Shown: positions 51,723-61,890, numbered from the stretch's first letter. The stretch is 64,000 nt of DNA from Amoebophrya sp. A120 (GCA_905178155.1 CAJINV010000005.1:1986054-2050053); one strand, 5' to 3'. The notes: a model not told the origin generated them from the letters alone. A program made the numbers and translations.

Positions 51723-52289
51723 CTACGGTCCACCGTTGTTCTTCAGCTCGAAATCATCCTGGAGCACGGGCGAGTACAGCTCGTGTCCGAGAACCATGAT
51801 CTTCCGTCCCGCAAGGACCCCGAAGAACTCCACACGTTCCGAACAGCAGAAGAAAGCCCTCGCGTCGCGGTCCACCTGACTGCCCTGACACTGACGAGTG
51901 ATGAAATCACAACCAGTTTTTATCCACGTGGCTCTGCAGAAGAAAGTCACTTTTTTCCAAGGGTCGTGGCGGAAACCGAATAGTAGAGGATGACAGTGAG
52001 AGGACCCTGCTGCTCTGTCACCTCCAGCAGAACTGTTCTCGTATGTTTTTGAGTTGTTCAACTTTGTCGACGCTCCAGCAGCACCGCCGTGGGTTAGTAT
52101 TTCCACTCGCCGCGGCGGAGAACGAGGTTGAGATGATCTCGAGGAGAGCCCAGTTGTCAAACTTTCCAGCTCGTCGTCGTCGATGCTGCAGGCAGTGGAA
52201 CTAGAGCCGAGGATGGTGTGGTCATACTTCTCTTTCTTGTCGAAGACGTACCGAAGGAACACGGCATCATGCGAGGTAGAAATAACCAT
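51723..52289 (-). CDS. Hypothetical protein
   Basis: 188-aa ORF with coding-like composition, same strand as its neighbours. Confidence 0.45.
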   Translation of the reverse strand: MVISTSHDAVFLRYVFDKKEKYDHTILGSSSTACSIDDDELESLTTGLSSRSSQPRSPPRRVEILTHGGAAGASTKLNNSKTYENSSAGGDRAAGSSHCHPLLFGFRHDPWKKVTFFCRATWIKTGCDFITRQCQGSQVDRDARAFFCCSERVEFFGVLAGRKIMVLGHELYSPVLQDDFELKNNGGP

Positions 52290-54185
52290 GCAAGAGGAAA
52301 TAAAAGCAGAAACACGACCTGCGTCAATCTCAATAATGTTGTCTAAAATTTCTCAAAAAATCTGAAAAACGATGCAATGTTCACATTCTTAACACGAGCG
52401 ACACAGCAAAGTTTTAACGCTCAAGTACAAGTTCAACTTCAACATGCTCACGCCCGCATATTACAGACTTCTTTTTTCACCGACGCAGCAATATTGTCAG
52501 CTTCGCGGGGCAGAGGGCTACATATGAGGATGTGAGGTCCATAATCATTCCTAGATGGGTACTAGAAGACCAAGTTTAATAACCGAGTCTTATCTTCATC
52601 TCGAGAGAACTTCCACTACGTCTGTGGAAAGGGAAGAAGGCTAAAGCGGTGAATCAAAAATGTGAAGTCTTTTACTACATGCAGGTCTTTGGATTTTTCT
52701 GATGTTCCAGAATTTCCACAAGTTCAAATGAAACGCAAGTGCTCCTCAGTTCCAGAACCTCCTCCCCAATGGTTCCTCGGGACAGAAACTAAAACTCAAC
52801 CCTTTGCTCGCCTCTTATGGCCTGCGAGTAACTGTCCGACATATACAGCTAAAGAATCCTGAGAGTGAGTCCTTTGCGAAAGCTCGAGAGAGCTTAGGCA
52901 CTACAACAAGACCAAACACCACCCGTTTTAGCGGTGAACGACCTAGCGTAGGGAGTCGCACAGTTTGAATGAATCCGAGAACTCACTGCTGCTGTGCTTC
53001 AGATAAGCTTCACACTACCACCTCATCCGTGTGAGCAGATCAACCTCCAAAGAGCCGCCAGTGCTGAACAACCCGCCTCACGTGCTCAACCTGACGTCAA
53101 ACCGGATCCAAGAACCACAGCGCTACCAAAGGTCTCGCTGACTCTCCAACCACCGGAGCGGAAGGAGAGGTATACCGACGCCACCGGGGGCCACAGGAAA
53201 ACACGGAGTTATGCCCTGCGCCGCCAGTTACCACCGCCTAGGCTTGGAGCCTTGCCTAAATTCAATAATCAAACGCAAATAGCCCCGTCAGAAGATCATG
53301 CTCTTTCATGATCTGAGCTAGACTCTTTTCTAACATATCGATTTTTCATCCCGCCCCGAGTAACGCAAGAACGAGCGAATGAACTTCACCTACACGGAAA
53401 AGAGCGCCGGCGACCGGCTACGAACCCGTGTGCGCGAGCACCATGTTTTATCAAAAGATAAAGGCAAAAGCAGGAACACCATTCGCAACTATGCCCTGCT
53501 GCACTGGGCCAGGGAAATCAAGAACAAGCGTGTATCAAAAAAACTGCGTAAGAAGTTCCTCTCCTCCTTCACAAAGGTGATTGTCAGATGAAATTTGATT
53601 CATATTTCAGTAACATACTACAGCCATCACCTAACGTCGAAATCCTGAATGCGCAAAAGTTCTGCAGTGGCGAGAGCCTTTGACAGACAAAAGGACCTTT
53701 GACAGGACCTCTTCGCGACCGCAGCAGGCGCACGGGAAACGTGGCGACAGTGGACAGTTTCATTCTAAAAAAATTGTGAAGACGTCTGTTTCGCGTATTC
53801 TATTCCACCTCTAGAAGTACCGATGCGCGGCTCGGCTTGTTGTGGACGCAGCTTGCGTACTACGTGCACGACGGGTGTTATTGATTATTATTTCGAGAGT
53901 CGCTGAAGATTTTCATTTTTGCTCTTTTGTGTCTTTTGTATGATCTGGTGCTGCCGGGACAACGCGCGGAAAGTGGCAGTCAGTTCATCCTCTATAATCG
54001 ACAAAATTCTGCCACGTGGTCGTCATTGCATCAAATCACGCTTTTTTACCAATCGTATTAAAAGCGCTTTATTTTTATCTTCGTGTAGTAGGTCGTCTTG
54101 TTGGTCCAAGACGCACGACCTCCTCGTCCTCCCGCAAGAAGTTCTTATCTTTTATTGTTCTCCCTCTTGTCAGACTTCTTCACTT

Positions 54186-57100
54186 CTACCACCCATTCGG
54201 CGCCCCCATTTTCCCGTTACCCTTCTTGCCCTTGCCGCCCTTCTCTGACGAGGCTGTAAAAAATCCTGGATGTTGACCGTGGTGTTGCAGTATGCATTGC
54301 AAACGCACCATCTTCGTGCTAGTAGTTGTAATTGCACACGATCCACAAATGATCACTCCAGAACAATTATGGAAGAACGCGCTAATATGCAGAGTCAGGT
54401 ACTTCTAAAGCAAAACACGTCCACCGACATGGAACAGGGTGCAATTCCAATTCCTAGTACGAGTACGACACTGTTGCAGAGGATATGCAAAGAACTACCG
54501 TACTGATTGCAATAGAGATTGTTCTCTCCGCCCTTCTTTCGCTCGGATCCGATATCCCGAATCAACTTAGCGGTCATCCTATCAAATGTAAAAATGTCTG
54601 GGTCTGGAAGAGTGCGCGATTTGTCATGCACATTTTGCATGACTCCTGATGTCTGTGATGCATGCCCTAGCATCAAAGATTTTGTGAGGGCTTCCTGATG
54701 CCTATACCGCATGACAAATGCTCTTTCCGCTTAGCAAAACTTGGACTCTCTTTGCTGCTCATGCAAGACAGATTTTTTTAAAAATCAAAAATCAGCATGA
54801 CAAGCTGGATTCTTCCAGACCCAGACATTTTTACAGTTGATACATCCGCCCACCCTATCCGAATTCACAACCCCCGCCTCCCTACTTATCTCATTCGCAG
54901 GGCACATGCAGAAAAAACAGCGGCAAGAACAGAAGCAGAACCGTGTATTAAATAAGTAGCTTTTATTGCATGACGCAGCTATCTATCAGAACTGTAGTAC
55001 CATGCCTTCTGGGAACTAGGACCGCTTCTCCGGTCGTGTGTGAATAAATTGCAAAAATTTTGCACGACAAATACCAAGGAGGGCCGCGAGTAGTTGCGCA
55101 CTCGGATACAAACCAGTTGGTTTTTTCGCCCTCCGACACTTGCGACCCGTACTTTTGCCACAAAGAATGCAACTTATCCAGCACGTCATACATGTCCTCG
55201 GCGCCCTCCCGCCCGTACTCGCTATCAAATGCAAATACGTACTTAGCAGTCTGGAAGTAGATGAGTTGTGGCTGCAGCATATGATATTGCGTGTTACGAC
55301 ATCAAAAGCGCTTGCTGTTGTTCACTTCTTGTGTCGTTCAGCAAAATAAACTACACGTCACTTTGTCATGCGTAAAAATCTGGAGCCCGATGCGCCCGTC
55401 GTAAAATAATTTCTCATGCTTGACTAATATGCAGCCGGTGCAACAGCGCGCTAGCTAGATGTGTCCGATCACGAAGTTGCATCGCAATTTCATAATTTTT
55501 CCAGACTCAGACTACATATTTGCTATGGATACTTGTTGAGCCTCGCCAACTTCTCCAAAACGGTCATGTCCAGCACATCCGCGGCGCAAATATCCTTCAG
55601 AAAAGTCGTACACCCATACCGGAAAAAAAGATTTGCGCTGCTGTTTTTCTGTCGTGTGATGCTGATCTGCGAGAGCGCCAACAACAACACTCTTTCAGGC
55701 ATAAAAAAATGGACCACTACGAGAATGCAGAAAATATGTGCGTCAATGGGCATGAGAAGGGTCATCGTGCGAACATTGCTTGCCATGCTGAACAGAACAG
55801 GTTTTATTCCGGGACTCACTCTTTGTCTTTCTGACACAGAAAAAGAGCATGTTCTTGGAAAATATCTTCAACTCCGGTAAAGCTGTATCAGTACTTCTAC
55901 TTTTGGATAGCAGACCCCATCCTCCGAAAAGCTGCTGTCAAAGCTATCAATCACCACTTCATAGTCCGCGCGGTTCTTTTGTCTCCAGCTGCTGGTCGCT
56001 CCTCCTGCGTTACCACTAGATGAGCAGGTAGCTGTGCCCGAATTGTTCGCATTGTTCTCTGACAGTTTCCGGGATGAAACAGAGCTAGGATGCGGCGCAC
56101 CATAGTGCACCCCTATCAAATGCAAAAGTGTCTGGGTCTGGAAGAATACAAACTTCTGATGCGCATTTCAGAACACAGAAAAATCTCTCATGCACGGGTA
56201 GCAAAAGCTGCCCGCTTTCTGTCACCAAAGTGGGGGATTTGTCATGCGGATTCAGCATTGCGGAAGCTTCTCGAAACCTGTAATGCTAGAGCTTCCATGC
56301 CAGACCTTCTGTGTCATGTTGGGAAGCTAAGGGCTGGGCGTCCCTGTCTTTCTCTAAACCTTAAAACGGTAGCCACTTACTCGACAAACTCTAGGTAGAA
56401 TAAGTTTGGACAAAGTGATCACTACCGAGAGACAACAACAAAATAAAGGCTCCTGGGACGGCTGCGGCGTGAGCATTTGTTGCTATCTGGGTAGGGATAA
56501 CGTTGTATGCAAACCTAAACACTAGCGTCAAGGGAGAAAAGAAAAGTAAAAAAGCGGTAAACTATCCTACTATGACACAGTCCCAACTACGAAAAAACCC
56601 CTCTTAAAAAGTGAGGCAAGATGTAATGTAGTTGTTTTCATGGCGAGCAGCCGCAAACGAGGCGAACTGTCGCAGCGGACAAATGCAAAAACGTCCGCAA
56701 CCGAGGGAGCAAAGATGGAACCGCAAACGCCACCGACCGAGACAGCATCAGATCATGCAAAAGGTCGGAACAAGCCCGAAAACACAAGGGCGGAGCAACT
56801 ACATTACAAACCCCAAGACGGGAAATATAACTATCTAACCCAAGCTAAAATAAGTAATAATCTACCTTAACTAACACTCTATACTAGCGCGCGTCTAAAC
56901 TTCTGTGTAGTGTCATGCAAAAACAGCATGACTCTTCCAGACCCAGACATTTTTACTCTTGATAACCCCAGTCGGCGCACAGAACTGCTTCACTCGGTTC
57001 TGCAACAGGTATCTGACGGGAACGAACGCGTTGGTTTGGTACCGATTGTAGCTCCCACTGGTGCTGTTCATTCCGCTGTAGTAACCCGTGTGCCACCCAC

Positions 57101-60100
57101 CCATGCTGCCACCAGCGCCCGCATACTGGCTGTTGTTTTCCCGGATCTTGGCAACGTCCTCGATAGCAGTCGGCCGGAACACGAGATGGTATCCAAGAAT
57201 GAATAAAGTGGTAACAATCACAACTTACGACCCAGCACGTATTGCTGCAAGTACTTATAACAACTTCTGAGCATGACAGAGAAATAAAATATTAGTATAT
57301 TTGCAAGAAGAAAAAGATCATTCATAAAAGAGGTAATAAAAACGTGTCGTGAAACTAGGCTCCCAAGCATGAAATCCCGCATGAGCATGACAGATGAACT
57401 GGTCTGCCTTAATACTTCCTTGGTCCTCTCTACAACACTACAATCGGTCGTCGTAAGTAACCACTGTAATTATTCCTACACTTTCTCTTTTGCATAGATC
57501 GGGCTTGGTCGCGAGTAGAAACCGCTATGGATTGCAAAAATGTCTGGGTCTGGAAGAGCCAAACTTGTGAAGCTGCATTTGGATGCTAAAAAACCTGTAT
57601 TGCATGACCAGCAAGAGGATTCAAATTTGGCTACGCGGAGAGGGCATTTGTCATGCTGGATGCGCATAGATAAGCGCTCAAAAAATCTGTGATGCTATTG
57701 CTATAGCATACATCACAGACATCATGGATCATGGAAAATGTGCATGACAAAGTTGTGCTCTTCCAAACCCAGACATTGTTGCAAGCCATAACCGCAGGAG
57801 CAAGGCGATGTTCTCCGTGTCCGCCGTTCCCTTATCAAACAAAAAAAGTTCGTCACGATCACTCATGCGCATTTTTGCAATACAGAACTGTTTGTCATGC
57901 GTAAAAATGCATCACAGCCAAACTTTATCAGGGATTTCCCTAGTGTTTCTGCAATACAAGGAAAATTTGTGATGCTAAGAAAATTTGTAATGCAAACCCT
58001 GCAAATTAGCGACTGTGATAAACTTTTTTCTCTCCATATCCCTGGTGGTGACAGCAGTACTGCATCGAGCCCTCCCCGGTCCGTTCGAGCATTTCGTTCC
58101 AAGACTTCTTCGGGGTGATCTGCGGCGTGTATCGGAACCCGTGGAGAGCCACGGTGGGCGCTTTGAAGTATTTCTGCATCTTCATATGGATTGCAAAAAT
58201 GTCTGGGTCGGGAAGAGTGCAAACTTGTCATGCAGAATTTGCATGCCCCATAAGGTCTGGAATGCAGGACATAGCATGACAGATTCTGCGAGGTCTCTAT
58301 CATGCCTGTCCTGCATGAGAAGTTCCCTCTCATGGTGGTCAGAAAAGGGCGTCTTTTGTTGATCACGCAAGACAGATTTTTGTGTGATCCACAGGACGCA
58401 TCACAAGTCCCATCCTTCCAGTAGACCCAGACATTTTTACATTTGATACTTCACCATCCCGGACAATTCCTCCGCCTATCGAAAGGAAAAATCCCCGCTC
58501 CCCATATCGAAAACGAAATTTGTGATGCTGTATTTGAGGTCACAAATCGGCTTGTCATGCTGGAAGGCCAAAGCCGCAGTCGCGGCCTCGTTTGCAAGCC
58601 ATTTGTCATGTTGGGAAACTAAGGGCAGGGCGTCCCTTTGTAAATCAGAACTACAAAGTTTAAACCGCCTGCTCGGTAAACTCTAAAGCAGAAAATTGAA
58701 CTGCGCGATTTCTACCGAGAGACAACAACCGAAACTCCTGGGACGGCTGCGACGTGAGTTCTGTTGTTATCTGAGTAGAAATAGCACTGTGCAACCATCG
58801 TGCCTTAGCACCGAGGGAACAGAAAAAATAAAAAAGGTGTGAAGAAGCTAACTATGACACAGTCCCACTTACCCAAAGAACCATCCTAAAGGTGGTATCT
58901 CGAATTTCTAGCATGAAGGAACTGATTGGTTTGGAAAATGGGGTTGCGATCGTGGCGCCAACAACCAAATCCAGGGACCAGCATGCAAAGGACCCGAGGA
59001 ACCACGAGGTTGGTGTGTCCAGCATGACAAACACGTCGTCAAAGACAAAAAATGCCACGAGACCGGAGTAAATCATGACCAAACCGAGGAATTGCATGAC
59101 AAATTTGGCCGAGCTGTAACAAATTCGAGAACCAGGACGGAAAAAGTGTACTTGACCAGCGTAGTGGTCGCGTACTACGAACCCCTAGGAAGAAAGTAAA
59201 TATCATTTAAAGTCAGGTTCTATAGTAAAAATTTCGCGCGTTTGTAAAACTAGACCGGTCAAAAACCACTTCTGCCTGTGCCGTCTCTATTCTATATTCC
59301 CTTGCTACCCTAAGAAGTAGCACTTAAATGCAAGTCATACAAGAACACGTTGACCATGGTATGCAAAAGCCGGCGCATCTACCGAGTTTTCGTTCCCAAC
59401 AGGCAAATTGCAAGCCAACGCGCAAGCCATTTGTCATGCTGTTTCCCACTCTCAGCTGCCTCCTATCATGCTGAAGATACAAGGCTTCCCCACGCCACCC
59501 AGCACTACAGTCCGCATCTTTTCCCGTGTAGCATGTTGATTTGTGACAACAAATCTGGATCACAGATTTCCGTTTTGATATGGGGAGGGGGGATTTTTCC
59601 TCTCAATACCGCCAGCGCGATCTTTTCCGCCGCCGTGGTCTCCCGAGCGAAAGTTCCGTTGTGCAGCACGTAGTCGAACGCGAGGTCTTTCAAATTACAC
59701 CACCGGGACAGCAGCGCCACAAACGGGTGCTTCTCCGCCTCTCGAATGCAAATATCGATCTGGTGATGTTCTGGAAAGAAGTACCGGATGAAACTTGTGA
59801 TCATGCGAGTTGTCACCAGCACTAGCACTTCTCAACTTGTTGCGTCGGCCGCCAAGCATGAGCACAACAAGTTCGGGAGATGCTACGTGCTGCCGATTCT
59901 GTATCTGTTCCTGCCTGCTACGAACTGCGGTACCTGAAAGTATACAGAAACATCCGGCTAAGTACTTACTTTACTTTTGCATGCTTAAGGTGCGTGACAG
60001 ACTTTTGAGAGTCGAGCCAGCCGAACATGACAAAGCTTGCGCTCTTCCAGAGGACCCAGATCGATATTTTCAATGCATACGGGCCGGTTTGCGTTGATTT

Positions 60101-61890
60101 CCCGCATTTCGGACCGGAGCGCGTTGGCGTCGAAGTCCCCGCAGTGCACGAGCAGCGAATTTTCCGGCGTGAAATCCGGCAACTCCTGATTCAGCTTCAC
60201 CCACAAGTCCGTCAGCGCCTGGGGCAGGAACACCGCATTGCTCTGGTCATTGATCCGGATGTCCCCCCGGTTTTCGTGCTGGTGTACGGAAGTTCGGTTT
60301 ATCCAATGCAAAAGTGTCTGGGTCTGGAAGATTGTGAAGAGATTTGTCATGCATATTTCGGATCACGCAAATGGCGTCTGGTGCAGGCAACAGCATCACA
60401 GGTTCTGAGCACGTCTCATGATGCCTGTCGCGCCGCATGAGAAACTTCCTACTTGCGTACCAACAAATGGACAGCTTTTGGCGCTCATTCAACACAAATT
60501 TTTGAGTGTTCCAGAGTTTGCATCACAAGTTCCAACTCTTCCCGACCCAGACATTTTTACATTTGCTACGGTTCTTCCGCTGGTCCTGCTTCGGAGACGG
60601 CGTCGAGGTGGACTATTGAAAGGAAAGATCCCCCCTCCCCATATCGAAAAGGTACGTCGCAGAAAATTTGCCATGCTGATTTGCGACCACAAATCATCTC
60701 TGTCTTGCAAGAAGGCAATTCCACAGGCTCCGCCGCATTATGGAGGCGGTTTGTGATGCGGTTTGGCCGACAGCGCAGACGTTTCTGATGCTAAGCGCCT
60801 AGGCCAAAACCTCTCTACTCAGGCTTGATGTAGGCCTGTCGTCCCCTTCCGCAAGACAAATCTGATTTGTGTACGCAAATCCAGCATCACAGATTTCCGT
60901 TTTGATATGGGGAGGGGGGATTTTTCTTTTCGATATGGACATCGCAATCGACATTTGACACAGCGGCCACCATGCCGGGCACATGGAATGCCCCCCGCTG
61001 GTGGAGTAGCAGGAAGTGGCATCGTCCGCGGGGTCCTTTTTGCTTGCAGAAGTGCTGCTCTTCGCGTTGCGGCTCGAATGGTTCGAACTCGGGGTGGTGC
61101 TGTCGCTGTTCCAGCTCGCGTTCATCTTCTGTTCCTGAGCGGCGTAATCCATACTCTCCTGCACCCCCCTGCTGCGGACCCAGCGATGGAAGCGCATCGC
61201 CTCCTTCAGGTCGTCCTGGAGAGCGAGCACAATGACCGGCAGCTCAATGATCCCCTCCCGCCCTTCCACGTCGATCACCAGCGCGTACTTCAGTTCCGGA
61301 AAGTCCGCCGGGGTGCTGGGGTTGCTTACCGCGTATTTTTGCACGCCCGTGCGACCGAGGTACCCCGGAATCGGCCAGTTCTCGGATCGCGCCACCATTT
61401 TCTATCCAGTGCAAATATATGTCTTTTTCTGCTAAAAGGATTCATTTACAATTTGTCATGGTGGTCCTTCCCTTTTACGGCAGAACAGCATGACAAGCGC
61501 TCCTTGACTCCTTGCGACGACCTCTAGTGTGTTTAGTGTGACACACTGAGTTTCACAGCAGAAAGCCTGCTCGTCAATCGTATTTACATCCTCGCTGTCC
61601 CTCAAATTTTTGCGCATCACAAAAAATCCAGACCCAAACATATTTCTTGCAATGCATATTTTCGACTCCTCCGCAAAGTGCGACTTGCCGGCGGGCGACC
61701 CGTAGTCCCGGTCAAGGTTCCCCCGCAGCCACTCCTGCTCCAGCAGCTGCCCGTCGTCCTTGTGGTGCCGCTTCTTGACCCAGTTTCCGTTCATCCCAAC
61801 CCGCTCCTTGCAAACCTTGTTCTCCGCGGCATTCGGACAGTATCCCGCGGCGTAGTACTTGCACGGGATGTCTGTCGCGAGAAAATTCAT
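54186..61890 (-). CDS. ERI-family DEDDh 3'-5' exoribonuclease with N-terminal CCCH-like zinc finger and long C-terminal extension
   Basis: After element removal: ExoI VIDVEG..IIELP, FHRWVR, ExoII HCGDFD, WCNLK, ExoIII HHQGTADTENIA; N-terminal CKYYAAGYC. The junction near 55610-55910 is uncertain. Confidence 0.8.
54580..54842. mobile_element. Introner, family A
   Basis: TIR TATCAA(A/C)TGTAAAAATGTCTGGGTCTGGAAGA; TSD CATCC. Confidence 0.94.
54856..55108. mobile_element. Introner (TATCCGA..CAAC type)
   Basis: TIR TATCCGAATTCACAAC vs TATCCGAGTGCGCAAC; TSD CACCC/CAAAC; removal gives TNWFGRMTAK. Confidence 0.72.
55223..55531. mobile_element. Introner, family A (diverged)
   Basis: TAT...ATA ends with GCAAATA..GTCTGGAA; TSD CTCGC/CTTGT; removal gives RLNKYGREG. 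Confidence 0.75.
56114..56964. mobile_element. Introner, family A, carrying a nested insertion
   Basis: TIRs intact; TSD ACCCC; removal gives APTGVHYGAP; about 590 bp longer than its siblings. Confidence 0.92.
56319..56909. mobile_element. Nested TGTCATG-targeting element, copy 1
   Basis: Flanked by GTGTCATG direct repeats; first ~265 nt homologous to 58611-58867. Confidence 0.8.
57190..57496. mobile_element. Degenerate introner
   Basis: TAT...ATA ends; TSD GATGG/GATCG; removal gives TKPDLVFRPT. Confidence 0.75.
57526..57790. mobile_element. Introner, family A
   Basis: TSD ACCGC; removal gives LLLRFLLATK. Confidence 0.92.
57833..58038. mobile_element. Introner (AAAAAAGTT..TCAC type)
   Basis: TSD TCCCT; removal gives HHQGTADTEN (ExoIII motif). 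Confidence 0.88.
58185..58448. mobile_element. Introner, family A
   Basis: TSD CTTCA; removal gives GMVKMQKYF. Confidence 0.92.
58477..59608. mobile_element. Introner, family B, carrying a nested insertion
   Basis: TIR AGGAAAAATCCCC.CTCCCCATATC; TSD CCGCC; removal gives KIALAEELSG. Confidence 0.92.
58611..59421. mobile_element. Nested TGTCATG-targeting element, copy 2
   Basis: 17-bp direct repeat GCAAGCCATTTGTCATG at 58594-58610 and 59422-59438; homologous to copy 1. Confidence 0.85.
59740..60079. mobile_element. Introner (AATATCGATCTGG variant)
   Basis: TIR core AAATATCGATCTGG; decayed TSD; removal gives NRPEKHPF. Confidence 0.78.
60300..60568. mobile_element. Introner, family A
   Basis: TSD CGGTT; removal gives QRKNRTSVH. 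Confidence 0.92.
60614..60935. mobile_element. Introner, family B
   Basis: TSD TGGAC; removal gives IAMSTSTPS. Confidence 0.93.
61403..61658. mobile_element. Introner, family A (diverged)
   Basis: TSD TTTTC; removal gives EESKMVARS. Confidence 0.85.

Noticed and set aside
58852-59097. Hydrophobic 81-aa minus-strand ORF
   Set aside because: It lies within the nested insert as the antisense of A-rich sequence and is not conserved in copy 1.
58609-59401. TGTTGGGAA...TTCCCAACA read as a solo LTR
   Set aside because: No matching 4-6 bp TSD at those ends, and copy 1 lacks the distal motif. The 17-bp duplication gives a better boundary, although an LTR origin is not fully excluded.
194-61000. Recurring ORF-track peptides such as [28 protein letters not shown] and WGGGIFP suggesting a repeat-protein family
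   Set aside because: They are translations of introner TIRs in various frames, not real proteins.
432-61658. Dispersed ~30-bp repeats read as a CRISPR array
   Set aside because: They occur as inverted pairs about 200-350 bp apart with TSDs, in a eukaryotic context with no cas genes.
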